Assembly (NCBI GenBank): GCA_016861085.1
Contig: BOKR01000001.1
Span: 323,271-387,270, forward strand
Length of the DNA: 64,000 bases
Direction of reading: 5' to 3'
Source of the DNA: Patescibacteria group bacterium
GTDB taxonomy: Bacteria > Patescibacteriota > Microgenomatia > UBA1400 > PJMF01
Position numbers and translations under genes: made by a program. The notes under the pieces were generated by a model, which saw only the letters and a list, made by a program, of their open reading frames with translations, was not told where the DNA came from and did not search any database. Of this stretch, positions 19,446 to 30,565 are shown one piece after another; the stretch's first letter is position 1, and each line of letters opens with the position of its first letter.

Positions 19446-20723
19446 TTATAGGTTTCTAATGACTTCTTTACCCATGTACGGTACCAAAACTTTTGGAATT
19501 TTGATAGTGCCATCACTTTGTTGGTAGTTCTCAATAATTGCAGCTAATAGCCTTGGTGTGGCTGCCATTGTGTTATTGAGTGTATACACATATTTAGTAG
19601 TGCCATCTTTTGCCTGGTATTTGATATTCAATCTTCTTGCTTGAAAGTCGTTGAAATAACTTGCTGAGTGAGTTTCTCGATATTTATTTTGTCCTGGGAA
19701 CCAAGTCTCGACGTCATATTTTTTACGCTGCCCTGCTCCCATGTCACCTGTGCACATTCGTAGCACTTGGTAGGGAAGTTCAAGATTTTTAAGCAGAGTT
19801 TCAGAAAACAGAACCATTTTTTCGTGCCAGTTTCTAGTTTCATTTTCGTCTGCTACTGTGTAGACAACTTGTTCAACTTTATTAAACTGATGAACTCTGA
19901 CTATGCCTTGAGTATCCTTGCCATGGGTTCCGACTTCTCGTCTAAAACAAGGTGAAATACCACACATTTTTATCGGTAGATCTTTTTCGTTTAAAGTCTC
20001 GCCCATTTTGTATGCGGTGAGTGCTACTTCTGCAGTTCCGGCTAAGATCTGGCCATCTTGAGTCTTATAATGATCTTCACTACCCCATGGGAAATATCCT
20101 GTACCCCACATTGCTTCCTGGTTGACAAGAATTGGTGCGGACATTGGAGTAAAGTTTTCTGCTACTAAAAGTTTGAGGGCATAATTGAGAATGGCTTGCT
20201 CTAAAAGCAACGCATCATTTTTTAAGAAATAGGCTCTAAACCCGCCAATTCGAACAGCGCGAGCTGTGTCAAGCAGATCTAGATTTTCCATAAGCTCATG
20301 ATGTTGTCTTGGTTCAAAATCGAACTGTGGTTTTTCACCCCACTGTCTTTCGACTTGATTACCTGATTCGTCTGGCCCAACCGGAACGTCTTCAGCCGGA
20401 ACATTAGGAATTTGATACATAAGTTGTTCAAATTCTTCTTGAACAATTTTTAGGTCTGGTTCAAGCTCTTGAATATTTGCTTTTATTCGTTTGCCAGTTT
20501 CTATTTGTTTTGGGGTTGGTTTACCACCAACATGTACAGCTTTTTTGATAATTTCAACATGTTCATTACTTTGTCTTCTTAAATTATCAACTTGCAATTG
20601 TAACTCTCTTCGCTTCTGGTCTACAGAGAGTAGCTGATCTACTACACTTGAATCTAGCTGTTTATTTTCGCAAGCTATTTTTACTATTTGTGCATTTTCA
20701 CGAATGTATTGAATATCTAACAT
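19446..20723 (-). CDS. serS: Seryl-tRNA synthetase
   Basis: MLDI..IREN, GTAEV, CFRREVG, RVHQFNKVEQ and TLNNT. GAGGAGGT SD. Confidence 0.97.
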   Translation of the reverse strand: MLDIQYIRENAQIVKIACENKQLDSSVVDQLLSVDQKRRELQLQVDNLRRQSNEHVEIIKKAVHVGGKPTPKQIETGKRIKANIQELEPDLKIVQEEFEQLMYQIPNVPAEDVPVGPDESGNQVERQWGEKPQFDFEPRQHHELMENLDLLDTARAVRIGGFRAYFLKNDALLLEQAILNYALKLLVAENFTPMSAPILVNQEAMWGTGYFPWGSEDHYKTQDGQILAGTAEVALTAYKMGETLNEKDLPIKMCGISPCFRREVGTHGKDTQGIVRVHQFNKVEQVVYTVADENETRNWHEKMVLFSETLLKNLELPYQVLRMCTGDMGAGQRKKYDVETWFPGQNKYRETHSASYFNDFQARRLNIKYQAKDGTTKYVYTLNNTMAATPRLLAAIIENYQQSDGTIKIPKVLVPYMGKEVIRNL

Positions 20724-20726
20724 TTG

Positions 20727-20922
20727 TGACCTCCTCTTTTTGGTTGAGACACTAAAACGCTCTCCCATACCAAAAATACTTGATACGTGAGAGGGTCAAA
20801 GTATTTTCTATACTTGGGACGGTGCCACCTCTTAATTATCTTATTCCTGCGGTTACGGGCTTACCCGGCTTGGTTGTTTACCCCAAGCAGCTTGACAGCT
20901 GCTAACTGTCTCAAATGCTTTT
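20727..20922 (-). promoter_or_regulatory. T-box riboswitch (Ser) in the serS leader
   Basis: AGAGG-TGGCACC-GTC (20832-20818) pairs with GAC-CCTCT (20797-20790). The bulge UGGC is complementary to the tRNA-Ser GCCA end. AGC lies in the loop of a short Stem I. TGATATAAT at 20939-20931. Confidence 0.85.
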
Positions 20923-20943
20923 ATCTGATTATTATATCATGAA

Positions 20944-21324
20944 TTATTTTGCTGCTGCTCTTTTTTTTGCGAGCCTATTAAATGCTTTTCCAACACCATC
21001 TTTTGGAGGATATTTTTTTGCGTTCTTTTGCATTTTTTGACGAAACTCCTTGACCAAATCTATATCTAGATCATGAGCCATGAGTAACATCCAGTACAGA
21101 ACATCTGAAAGTTCCTCTCCAATTTCTTTTTTGAAGGTTTTTGTATATTTTCTGAGCTCACTACCTTGCAGATAGTGAAAATATTCAGCAAGCTCGCCAG
21201 CCTCTATGAGTAGACCAAGGGCTAAATCCTTAGGATTTTGATATTGTTCCCAGTTTCGCTCATCACGGAATGCAATTACTTCTTGAGTGAGTTCATCGAT
21301 TATTGTTTGTTTTGATTTAGTCAT
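20944..21324 (-). CDS. MazG-like nucleotide pyrophosphohydrolase
   Basis: FRDERNW.Q...PKDLA....EAGEL.E, EELSDV and K...N.KKYP. Confidence 0.9.
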   Translation of the reverse strand: MTKSKQTIIDELTQEVIAFRDERNWEQYQNPKDLALGLLIEAGELAEYFHYLQGSELRKYTKTFKKEIGEELSDVLYWMLLMAHDLDIDLVKEFRQKMQKNAKKYPPKDGVGKAFNRLAKKRAAAK

Positions 21325-21335
21325 TTTGATTCTTG

Positions 21336-21407
21336 TGGACCCAATGGGAATCGAACCCATGTATTACGAATGCGAATCGTACGCTCTACCAACTAAGCTA
21401 TGAGCCC
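21336..21407 (-). tRNA. tRNA-Ala(CGC)
   Basis: GGGCTCA/TGGGTCC acceptor with G3:U70 and A73. Anticodon arm TACGA-TT-CGC-AT-TCGTA. Confidence 0.9.
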
Positions 21408-21419
21408 CGGTTTGTATTG

Positions 21420-21491
21420 TGGACCCGACAGGAATTGCACCTATGTCTTCGCGATAAATCGCGCTGCTCTACTCTTTGAGCTACGAGGCCC
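21420..21491 (-). ncRNA. tRNA-like element (Ala-type acceptor, collapsed anticodon loop)
   Basis: D-arm GCTC/GAGC, T-arm ATAGG-TGCAATT-CCTGT and 3' CGGGTCC-A. The anticodon arm CGCGA-TTTA-TCGCG has a 4-nt loop. Confidence 0.75.
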
Positions 21492-21496
21492 GCAAG

Positions 21497-23554
21497 TTAC
21501 TTGTTAAACACATCAATCAAGAAGGAAAAATGTTCGTCTTCTGATTTCCCAATTAATTGTAAACCTTCAGCGATATCTTCTCTACTCACATTGGCAGCAA
21601 ACTGTCGTGTTTTAAGTTTTTTCTTGATTGATTTTGGTGTCATGCCAACAAATTTTTCTGGCCTTAGAATTGACACCGCATTTATGAATCCAGAGATTTC
21701 GTCACAGGCAAATAAGTATTTATCAAGCAAGGTTTGCGGATGTTTACCAGTTCTCTCTGGTGCATGAGCTGCAATTGCATTCAATAGTGGTTCTGGATAT
21801 TCAGTAAGAATTTCATTGATTGCTTTATTTGGATGTTCGTCAGGATATTGTTCCCAGTCTAGGTCGTGCAACAATCCTGTCTGGTACCATAATTCTTCGT
21901 TTTGTCCCAGTGCTTTTGCATAAGCACTCAACGCTTTTGCTACCATTCGGCAGTGATTTCTGAGCGCTTCATCTTTGATGTATTCCTCTAATAATTTTTC
22001 TGCTTGTTCTCTTGGTGGGAGTGTAACATTTGTATCAGAAGTTACTTGAGTAGGTGTGGTTTTTGCTTGTGGGTTTGAAGTAGTAGCTGTTCCTGGATTA
22101 ATAGGAGTAAGCGGTCGTAACGTTGGGAAAGCAATTACTTCTTTGATACTCCAAGTGTTGGTCAAAAACATGACTAATCGGTCAATTCCCATACCTATAC
22201 CCCCAAGTGGTGGCATACCATGTTCCATTGCTTCCAGAAAATCTTCATCAAGTGGGTGTGCTTCGGTATCACCGTGACGCATGTTTGCTTGTTCGTTTTC
22301 CCAGATTTTTCTTTGATCAATTGAGTCGACAATCTCGCTCCAGCCGTCTGCAAGTTCTTTTCCACCAATATATGCCTCAAAGCGTTCTGCAAATTGTGGG
22401 TTAGTCCTGTGCTGTTTTGAAAGTGGCGAGATGTCTCGTGGATAATCAACAATCCAAATTGGGGCAACCAAATGAGGAGTTACCAAGGCATCAAATAGCT
22501 CAAACAAGGCTTTTCCTCTGGTATATTCACTTTTTAATGTGATTTTATGTTCATTTAGTAAGTTGTGTACTGCTTCATCTGATAACGACTCAAAGTCAAT
22601 ATGAGCATGTTCTTTGAGTGCTTCATCCATTCTTACTCTTGGCCAGTCACCACTAATGTCTATTTCGGCTTCACCAACTGTAATTGTATAGTTGCCATAT
22701 AACTGGAATACTAAATGTTTAACTAATTCTTCAGCCACATTCATCATGCGATGATAGTCCGCATACGTTTCATACCATTCAATCATAGTAAATTCTGGTT
22801 GATGAGTCTGGTCAATTCCTTCATTACGGAAATTGCGAGCGATTTCAAAAACACGATCATAACCACCAACTATGAGGCGTTTTAAATATAGTTCTGGTGC
22901 AATACGTAAATAAAAATCAGAATCAAGTGCATTCATATGGGTTGTGAATGGAGTTGCATTTGTACCACCATAGAGTGGTTGTAAGATTGGGGTCTCAACT
23001 TCAACAAAGTCGTATTTATCTTGTAAAAATCTTCGGATTTCTTTAGTTAAGAGCCAACGTGCATCAAGGACTCGTTTCGCGTCTGGGTTGATCAACATAT
23101 CAACATAGCGTTTTCTAAATCGTGCCTCTTTGTCATCAGCAGCATTCCAGACTGTGGGGATTGGCCTAAGCGATTTGCTCAGCAATGTGTATTCAGTGGC
23201 TTGGATTGTTATTTCGCCAGTTTTGGTAGTTATAACAGTTCCCATAACACCCAAGTAGTCTCCTCTATCAACTAAATTTTTGAGCCAATTGTAATCTGAT
23301 TCTGGAACTTCAGTTTTTCGCACCATCACTTGGATATGATCTGTAGAATCCTGAAGATCTAAGAAAATAACACTACCGTGGGCACGAATTGACATGATAC
23401 GTCCAGCAGTCTGAACCTGTTCATTGAGCAAGTTTCTTGTTTGAGCAATTGTGTGTTGTTTGTTGTAGAGGTACGGATGTACGTTAATTCCAAGCGATTC
23501 AAGTTGTTCTCTTTTTTCAGTTTTTGCCTGGATTGTTTCTTCCATTCTTGACAT
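21497..23554 (-). CDS. lysS: Lysyl-tRNA synthetase (class II) fused to a C-terminal HD-domain hydrolase
   Basis: LRIAPELYLKRL, FRNEGID..H.PEF and GMPPLGG.G.GIDRL. Then a Thr/Pro linker and H...GLLHDLDWE...ACDE..G...RP...FAANVSRE. Confidence 0.95.
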   Translation of the reverse strand: MSRMEETIQAKTEKREQLESLGINVHPYLYNKQHTIAQTRNLLNEQVQTAGRIMSIRAHGSVIFLDLQDSTDHIQVMVRKTEVPESDYNWLKNLVDRGDYLGVMGTVITTKTGEITIQATEYTLLSKSLRPIPTVWNAADDKEARFRKRYVDMLINPDAKRVLDARWLLTKEIRRFLQDKYDFVEVETPILQPLYGGTNATPFTTHMNALDSDFYLRIAPELYLKRLIVGGYDRVFEIARNFRNEGIDQTHQPEFTMIEWYETYADYHRMMNVAEELVKHLVFQLYGNYTITVGEAEIDISGDWPRVRMDEALKEHAHIDFESLSDEAVHNLLNEHKITLKSEYTRGKALFELFDALVTPHLVAPIWIVDYPRDISPLSKQHRTNPQFAERFEAYIGGKELADGWSEIVDSIDQRKIWENEQANMRHGDTEAHPLDEDFLEAMEHGMPPLGGIGMGIDRLVMFLTNTWSIKEVIAFPTLRPLTPINPGTATTSNPQAKTTPTQVTSDTNVTLPPREQAEKLLEEYIKDEALRNHCRMVAKALSAYAKALGQNEELWYQTGLLHDLDWEQYPDEHPNKAINEILTEYPEPLLNAIAAHAPERTGKHPQTLLDKYLFACDEISGFINAVSILRPEKFVGMTPKSIKKKLKTRQFAANVSREDIAEGLQLIGKSEDEHFSFLIDVFNK

Positions 23555-23600
23555 ACCTGTCCTTTTTGTTTGGTTGTTTCTTTGATTTTCGGTGTCTTGA

Positions 23601-24680
23601 TTATACATTATTTTCCTCCTGATTTTTTGCTAGCTTTAAGATTAAATCTTTCATTGTTTCCAGATTTTCTACTGTTGTAGACTCTCTTGTGGTATGAACT
23701 TCACGACTGCCATCACCCAAATTAAAGACCTTTAGTTTTTGTGGATCTTGGTTCAACACATTTGCATCTGAAACGCCAAAAGATTGATGTATTGACACTT
23801 TTCTATTAAGTAGTTTCTCAAGAACTTTTTTTATTGGTTCAATTTCTGTATCAGAAAAAATATAACCAGAGTTTTCCTGTACAACTTCCCATTCTAGTTG
23901 GCAATCATATTTTTTTGAGAGTATGCCCCTCATCTTTTGAAGGGTTTGCTCGAACAAGTCGGAATACATGCTTCTGATTTCTCCCATGATTTTGAATTTT
24001 CCAATAATAGTATTTTTTGCAGTACCACCTCTGATTTCACCAATATTTATTAGTACTTTTTCTGACTTTAGCTCTTCAATTTTGTGTATTATCTCCATAA
24101 GCGTTGGGAGGGCTGGTACAGCCTCGTGAGCGTTTTCGGTGTGGGCAGACCTACCTCTAATGAGCACAGTAAATATTCCGTAACAGGGAGAAGCAGAAAT
24201 TATATCCCCAATCTCACCTGTACCATCAAAGATATAGCCAATGTTTGCTCTTATTTTTGATCTATCAAAGCCAATGACTCCGCGGCAACTGTCTTCTTCC
24301 CAGGTTGTGAATAGAATATCAAGTGGACGCCAGCTTTGTTCTGGATGCTGATGCATATATTGCACTGCTGACATAATTGCGGCAATTGCAGCTTTGTTAT
24401 CTGCAGCCAAAATGGTGTCCCCACTACTTGTTATGGTGCCATCTTTAAGTATTGGAACAATTCCTCTCCCTGGTTCAACTGTGTCCATATGAGCACAAAG
24501 TAGTAGCGGTTCACCTTCACCGTTCGATTGAATAAACACATTATTGTACGTATCCTTTACAGGCTTACATTCGCATACTTGTGTGAAAAAATCCACAAGG
24601 TGATTAGACATGTCTTTCTCTTCACCGGAAACACTGTCAATTTGCACTATCTGCATGAATAAGTCTGTTACATTTGTCAT
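23601..24680 (-). CDS. M20 family peptidase (peptidase T-like)
   Basis: AHMDTVEPG, ADNKA, EE, SDAN and VHT..E. Confidence 0.9.
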   Translation of the reverse strand: MTNVTDLFMQIVQIDSVSGEEKDMSNHLVDFFTQVCECKPVKDTYNNVFIQSNGEGEPLLLCAHMDTVEPGRGIVPILKDGTITSSGDTILAADNKAAIAAIMSAVQYMHQHPEQSWRPLDILFTTWEEDSCRGVIGFDRSKIRANIGYIFDGTGEIGDIISASPCYGIFTVLIRGRSAHTENAHEAVPALPTLMEIIHKIEELKSEKVLINIGEIRGGTAKNTIIGKFKIMGEIRSMYSDLFEQTLQKMRGILSKKYDCQLEWEVVQENSGYIFSDTEIEPIKKVLEKLLNRKVSIHQSFGVSDANVLNQDPQKLKVFNLGDGSREVHTTRESTTVENLETMKDLILKLAKNQEENNV

Positions 24681-24696
24681 TTTGGTTCCTATAAAC

Positions 24697-24724
24697 AAAA
24701 AGCCCCCCGCTGTGGCGGGGGGCT
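24697..24724 (-). terminator. greA intrinsic terminator
   Basis: AGCCCCCCGC-CACA-GCGGGGGGCTTTTT. Confidence 0.88.
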
Positions 24725-24734
24725 AAGCTTTTTT

Positions 24735-25202
24735 CTATTTTATATCTGCTACTTCGTATTTCATTTCCCCCGCTGGAGCTTTTACAATTACAGTATCGCC
24801 CTTCTTCTTACCGACAAGAGCTGCTCCTAATGGTGATGCGATTGAAATTTTATTTGCATTTGGATCAGCTTCAAATTCGCCAACCATCTGAACAGTTTTA
24901 TCTTTTTTGGTTCCTGATTTTCTGATTGTGACTGAGGAACCCATACCAATTTTATTTTGACTTTTGGTATTTTTGACAACAACAGCATTATCGACAATAT
25001 TTTGTAACTCATCGATTCTTGCTTGCAACAATTGTTGGTCATCTCGTGCTGAATGATACTCTGCATTTTCTGAGAGGTCGCCGTGTTCACGAGCTTTTTG
25101 AACTCTTTCAATGATAGCAGGAAGCTTAACATCAGCCAGTTCTTTCAACTCGGCTTTTATTTCTTCCAATCCCTCTTTAGTTAATTCTATTTGGTTGGTC
25201 AT
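24735..25202 (-). CDS. greA: Transcription elongation factor GreA
   Basis: LTKEG, GDLSENAEY and ISIASPLG.AL. Confidence 0.95.
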   Translation of the reverse strand: MTNQIELTKEGLEEIKAELKELADVKLPAIIERVQKAREHGDLSENAEYHSARDDQQLLQARIDELQNIVDNAVVVKNTKSQNKIGMGSSVTIRKSGTKKDKTVQMVGEFEADPNANKISIASPLGAALVGKKKGDTVIVKAPAGEMKYEVADIK

Positions 25203-25286
25203 TACTTTTTGCATAACAGTGAATAGTATATATTACTTTTTTGATTCGGCAAGTTTTTTTGTATGCCACCCCAAGAAATTGGTTGG

Positions 25287-25709
25287 CTAAATTGTAGTTT
25301 TTTTACTTTTTTGGGCAATTCTGATCTCAAGAAGAGCACGCTTGAGTGAAGCTTCAGCCATAAGGAGCTCTCTTCTATCTTCTGGTGAAGCTTTGATAGT
25401 TTCTTGAGCAGCTTTAACGGCTTCTTCAGCTTTTTGCAAAGAGATATCTCGAGCAAACTGAGCTGTATCTACCATTACTGTAACCGTACTATCTGGTGAA
25501 ACAGTAATAAATCCATCTGAAATAACCAATGATTCTACTTTGCCATCCACGAGGTATCTTAGTTCACCTGTTTCTAGTTTACTAAAAAGCCCGATGTGTT
25601 CTGGAAGAATCGTAATTTCCCCAGTTGCAGTTGGAGCAGTAATTTGTTCAACTTGTGCTTTGAGTAACTGTTTTTCTTGTGAGACAACAGTCAACAAAAT
25701 TTGTTTCAT
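25287..25709 (-). CDS. atpC: ATP synthase F1 epsilon
   Basis: GEITILPEH and operon position. Confidence 0.95.
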   Translation of the reverse strand: MKQILLTVVSQEKQLLKAQVEQITAPTATGEITILPEHIGLFSKLETGELRYLVDGKVESLVISDGFITVSPDSTVTVMVDTAQFARDISLQKAEEAVKAAQETIKASPEDRRELLMAEASLKRALLEIRIAQKSKKTTI

Positions 25710-25720
25710 TGTATTCCTAA

Positions 25721-28011
<2,291 letters not shown>

Positions 28012-28013
28012 TA

Positions 28014-29540
28014 TTACTCTTGAGAAACTAATTCCTGTTGCATAGTGTTGAAGGTAGTGATTGCATCTATGAGTGCTTTTTCAGTTTCTTCAACTAACTT
28101 TTGTTCTTTGGTAATGCTTTCAAGAATAGATGAGTAAGAACTTTTGATTGTTTCTAAGTAAGCACTCTCCCATTTTTGAATGTCATCAACCGATACTTTA
28201 TCTAAATAACCTTTAACGGCTGCATAGATAACAACGACTTGCTCTTCCATTTTAAGTGGAGTGTCCCATCCTTGTTTGAGGATAGCGTTTACTCGTTCAC
28301 CTCTATCAAGTTGTGCTTTTGTTTTATCATCAAGGTCAGAACTGAATTGGGCAAATGCTTGTAATTCTCTGAATTGAGCCAGGTCAAGTTTCATGGTACC
28401 AGCAACTTGTTTGGTTGCTTTCACTTGAGCTGCTCCACCAACACGAGAAACCGAGAGACCAACGTTGATAGCTGGCTTCATACCTGCGTTGAAGAGATCT
28501 GATTCGAGGTAAATTTGGCCGTCAGTAATAGATATAACGTTTGTTGGAATAAATGCAGACACGTCATTATTTTGAGTTTCAATGATTGGAAGTGCTGTGA
28601 TAGAACCACCACCGTTTTCTTTGTTTAGGCGGCAAGCTCTTTCAAGTAATCTAGAGTGTAGGTAAAAAACGTCACCCGGATATGCTTCACGACCTGATGG
28701 ACGTTTCAGCAAGAGTGAAATCTCACGATATGCTTGTGCATGTTTAGTTAAGTCATCAAAAATAATTAAAACGTCTTTTCCCTTATCAAGGAAGTATTCA
28801 GCAATAGCTTGTCCGGCATATGGAGCTAAAAATTGTTCTGCAGCAGAAACTGATGCTGTTGCAGCAACAACAGTCGTGTACTCCATTGCCCCAGCTTTTT
28901 CTAAAATACCAATTGTTTGTGCAAGAGATGACCGTTTCTGACCAATACAAACATAAACACAAATGAGATTTTCTCCTTTTTGATTGAGAATTGTTCCCAA
29001 GGCAACTGCAGTTTTACCGGTAGATCTATCACCGATAATGAGTTCACGTTGTCCTCTTCCAATTGGTACTAAAGCATCAACTGCTTTTAAGCCAGTGTGC
29101 ATTGGAACAGTAACTGATTGGCGTGGCATAATTCCAGGAGCTTTTTTCTCAAGGAGCATGTTCTTTTCAGCGAAGATAGCATTTCCACCGTCTAGAGGTC
29201 TTCCTAAAACATCAACAGTTCTTCCAAGTATATCGTCACTAACACCAATTGAAAGAATTTTGCCAGTTTTCTTAACAGTTGCGCCAGCTTTTAAATGAGC
29301 TGCATCACCCAAAACAACAATACCAGTTTCTGTCTTTTCTAAGTTGAGTGCTAACCCAAATTGATTATTTCCTAAATCAATCAATTCTCCAGCTTGCACA
29401 TCATCAAGGCCAGTAACTTTTACGACTCCATCGCCATATGCTTTAACTGTACCAACAGACTGTTTTTCAACTGAGACCGTTGATTGATTAATTAGATCGG
29501 CAATAGAAAGGTTGAAATTTTGTTTTGGATTTTTTTTCAT
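28014..29540 (-). CDS. atpA: ATP synthase F1 alpha
   Basis: GRGQRELIIGDR.TGKT and GREAYPGDVFYLHSRLLER. Confidence 0.98.
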   Translation of the reverse strand: MKKNPKQNFNLSIADLINQSTVSVEKQSVGTVKAYGDGVVKVTGLDDVQAGELIDLGNNQFGLALNLEKTETGIVVLGDAAHLKAGATVKKTGKILSIGVSDDILGRTVDVLGRPLDGGNAIFAEKNMLLEKKAPGIMPRQSVTVPMHTGLKAVDALVPIGRGQRELIIGDRSTGKTAVALGTILNQKGENLICVYVCIGQKRSSLAQTIGILEKAGAMEYTTVVAATASVSAAEQFLAPYAGQAIAEYFLDKGKDVLIIFDDLTKHAQAYREISLLLKRPSGREAYPGDVFYLHSRLLERACRLNKENGGGSITALPIIETQNNDVSAFIPTNVISITDGQIYLESDLFNAGMKPAINVGLSVSRVGGAAQVKATKQVAGTMKLDLAQFRELQAFAQFSSDLDDKTKAQLDRGERVNAILKQGWDTPLKMEEQVVVIYAAVKGYLDKVSVDDIQKWESAYLETIKSSYSSILESITKEQKLVEETEKALIDAITTFNTMQQELVSQE

Positions 29541-29554
29541 CTTCTATTTCTTGT

Positions 29555-29791
29555 TTACAAACTTTGTTTTAGTTGTACGTGGAGTTTTTCAAGTTTTGAG
29601 TATGCAGTTGCATCAATCTCTTGTGAGCCAACAGTAATTTTAACTCCTGCAATTACTGAGTGATCCACGACTTGTTTTAACTCTATCGTATTTTCTGTGT
29701 ATTTTTTTTCCATTGCATCAACAATTTTTTTAGCTTGTGAGCTAGTGAGCTCGACTGCAGATGTAACGGTAACTTTTAACATTGGTTTCAT
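29555..29791 (-). CDS. atpH: ATP synthase delta, C-terminal domain only
   Basis: VTSAVEL...VD.SVIAGVKI.VG...ID. Only 78 aa, located between atpF and atpA. Confidence 0.88.
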   Translation of the reverse strand: MKPMLKVTVTSAVELTSSQAKKIVDAMEKKYTENTIELKQVVDHSVIAGVKITVGSQEIDATAYSKLEKLHVQLKQSL

Positions 29792-29792
29792 A

Positions 29793-30278
29793 TTACAGAT
29801 TCTTTAAGATTGTTTCTAATTCTGAGTCAATTAGTTTTTGTTGAGCTTTGACATCAAGAGATTTCCCAATGACTTTAGCTGAAACCGCCATAACGGCATC
29901 TGCCATATCTTGTTTTGCCTCTTTTAATAAAGCTGCTTTTTCTGTGTCCCAAGAATCAAGCAATTTTGATTTTTCTGCTTTGGCTTCTTTTCTTGCTTGT
30001 GCAAGAATTTCTTGAGCTTTTTCTTTTGCCTCATCTTGAGCTTCCTTTAAAACGGTAGCGCGCTCTTTTTTAAGATCGTTTTCCATTTTTTTTCTAGTTT
30101 GCTCAAGTTCATTTTTTTCTGTGACTGCTGCTTCAGCTGCTTTTTGACCTTCAGCAATTTTTTGTGAGCGTTCATCAAACATCTTTAAAACTGGTTTGTA
30201 GAGTAAAAATGTGAGCGCACCTAAAACTACAGAAAAGTTAATTGCCTGAAACAGTATTTGTGTGATTTGAATGTCCAT
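29793..30278 (-). CDS. atpF: ATP synthase Fo subunit b
   Basis: QAINF TM segment, KP......ER..KI and a coiled coil. Confidence 0.93.
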   Translation of the reverse strand: MDIQITQILFQAINFSVVLGALTFLLYKPVLKMFDERSQKIAEGQKAAEAAVTEKNELEQTRKKMENDLKKERATVLKEAQDEAKEKAQEILAQARKEAKAEKSKLLDSWDTEKAALLKEAKQDMADAVMAVSAKVIGKSLDVKAQQKLIDSELETILKNL

Positions 30279-30287
30279 ATGTGTCCT

Positions 30288-30503
30288 TTAAACAAATTTC
30301 AAGATTAAAGCAACGACAAGTGCATAGATAGCAATAGCTTCTGCAAATGCGATACCAAGAATCATGTTTGTTTGAATTTTACTTGCAGCTTCTGGGTTTC
30401 TTCCAATGGCTTCAAGACCTTTTGAAACAAGCATACCAATTGCTAAGCCTGGCCCAATTGAGCCAACACCCATAACAAATGCAACTGCGAATTCGGTTGT
30501 CAT
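30288..30503 (-). CDS. atpE: ATP synthase Fo subunit c
   Basis: GRNPEA loop and conserved Glu in FAEAIAIY. No Na+-type ES/T motif. Confidence 0.96.
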   Translation of the reverse strand: MTTEFAVAFVMGVGSIGPGLAIGMLVSKGLEAIGRNPEAASKIQTNMILGIAFAEAIAIYALVVALILKFV

Positions 30504-30565
30504 ATAATTTTTTCTCCTACTATTTATATTTTGTACTTATTACTATTTGTTTACTATCCTGACGT

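Noticed and set aside
21420-21491. Ochre (TTA) suppressor tRNA or tmRNA
   Set aside because: The loop is too short for decoding, TAA is used as a normal stop throughout, and there is no tag ORF or tmRNA-length body.
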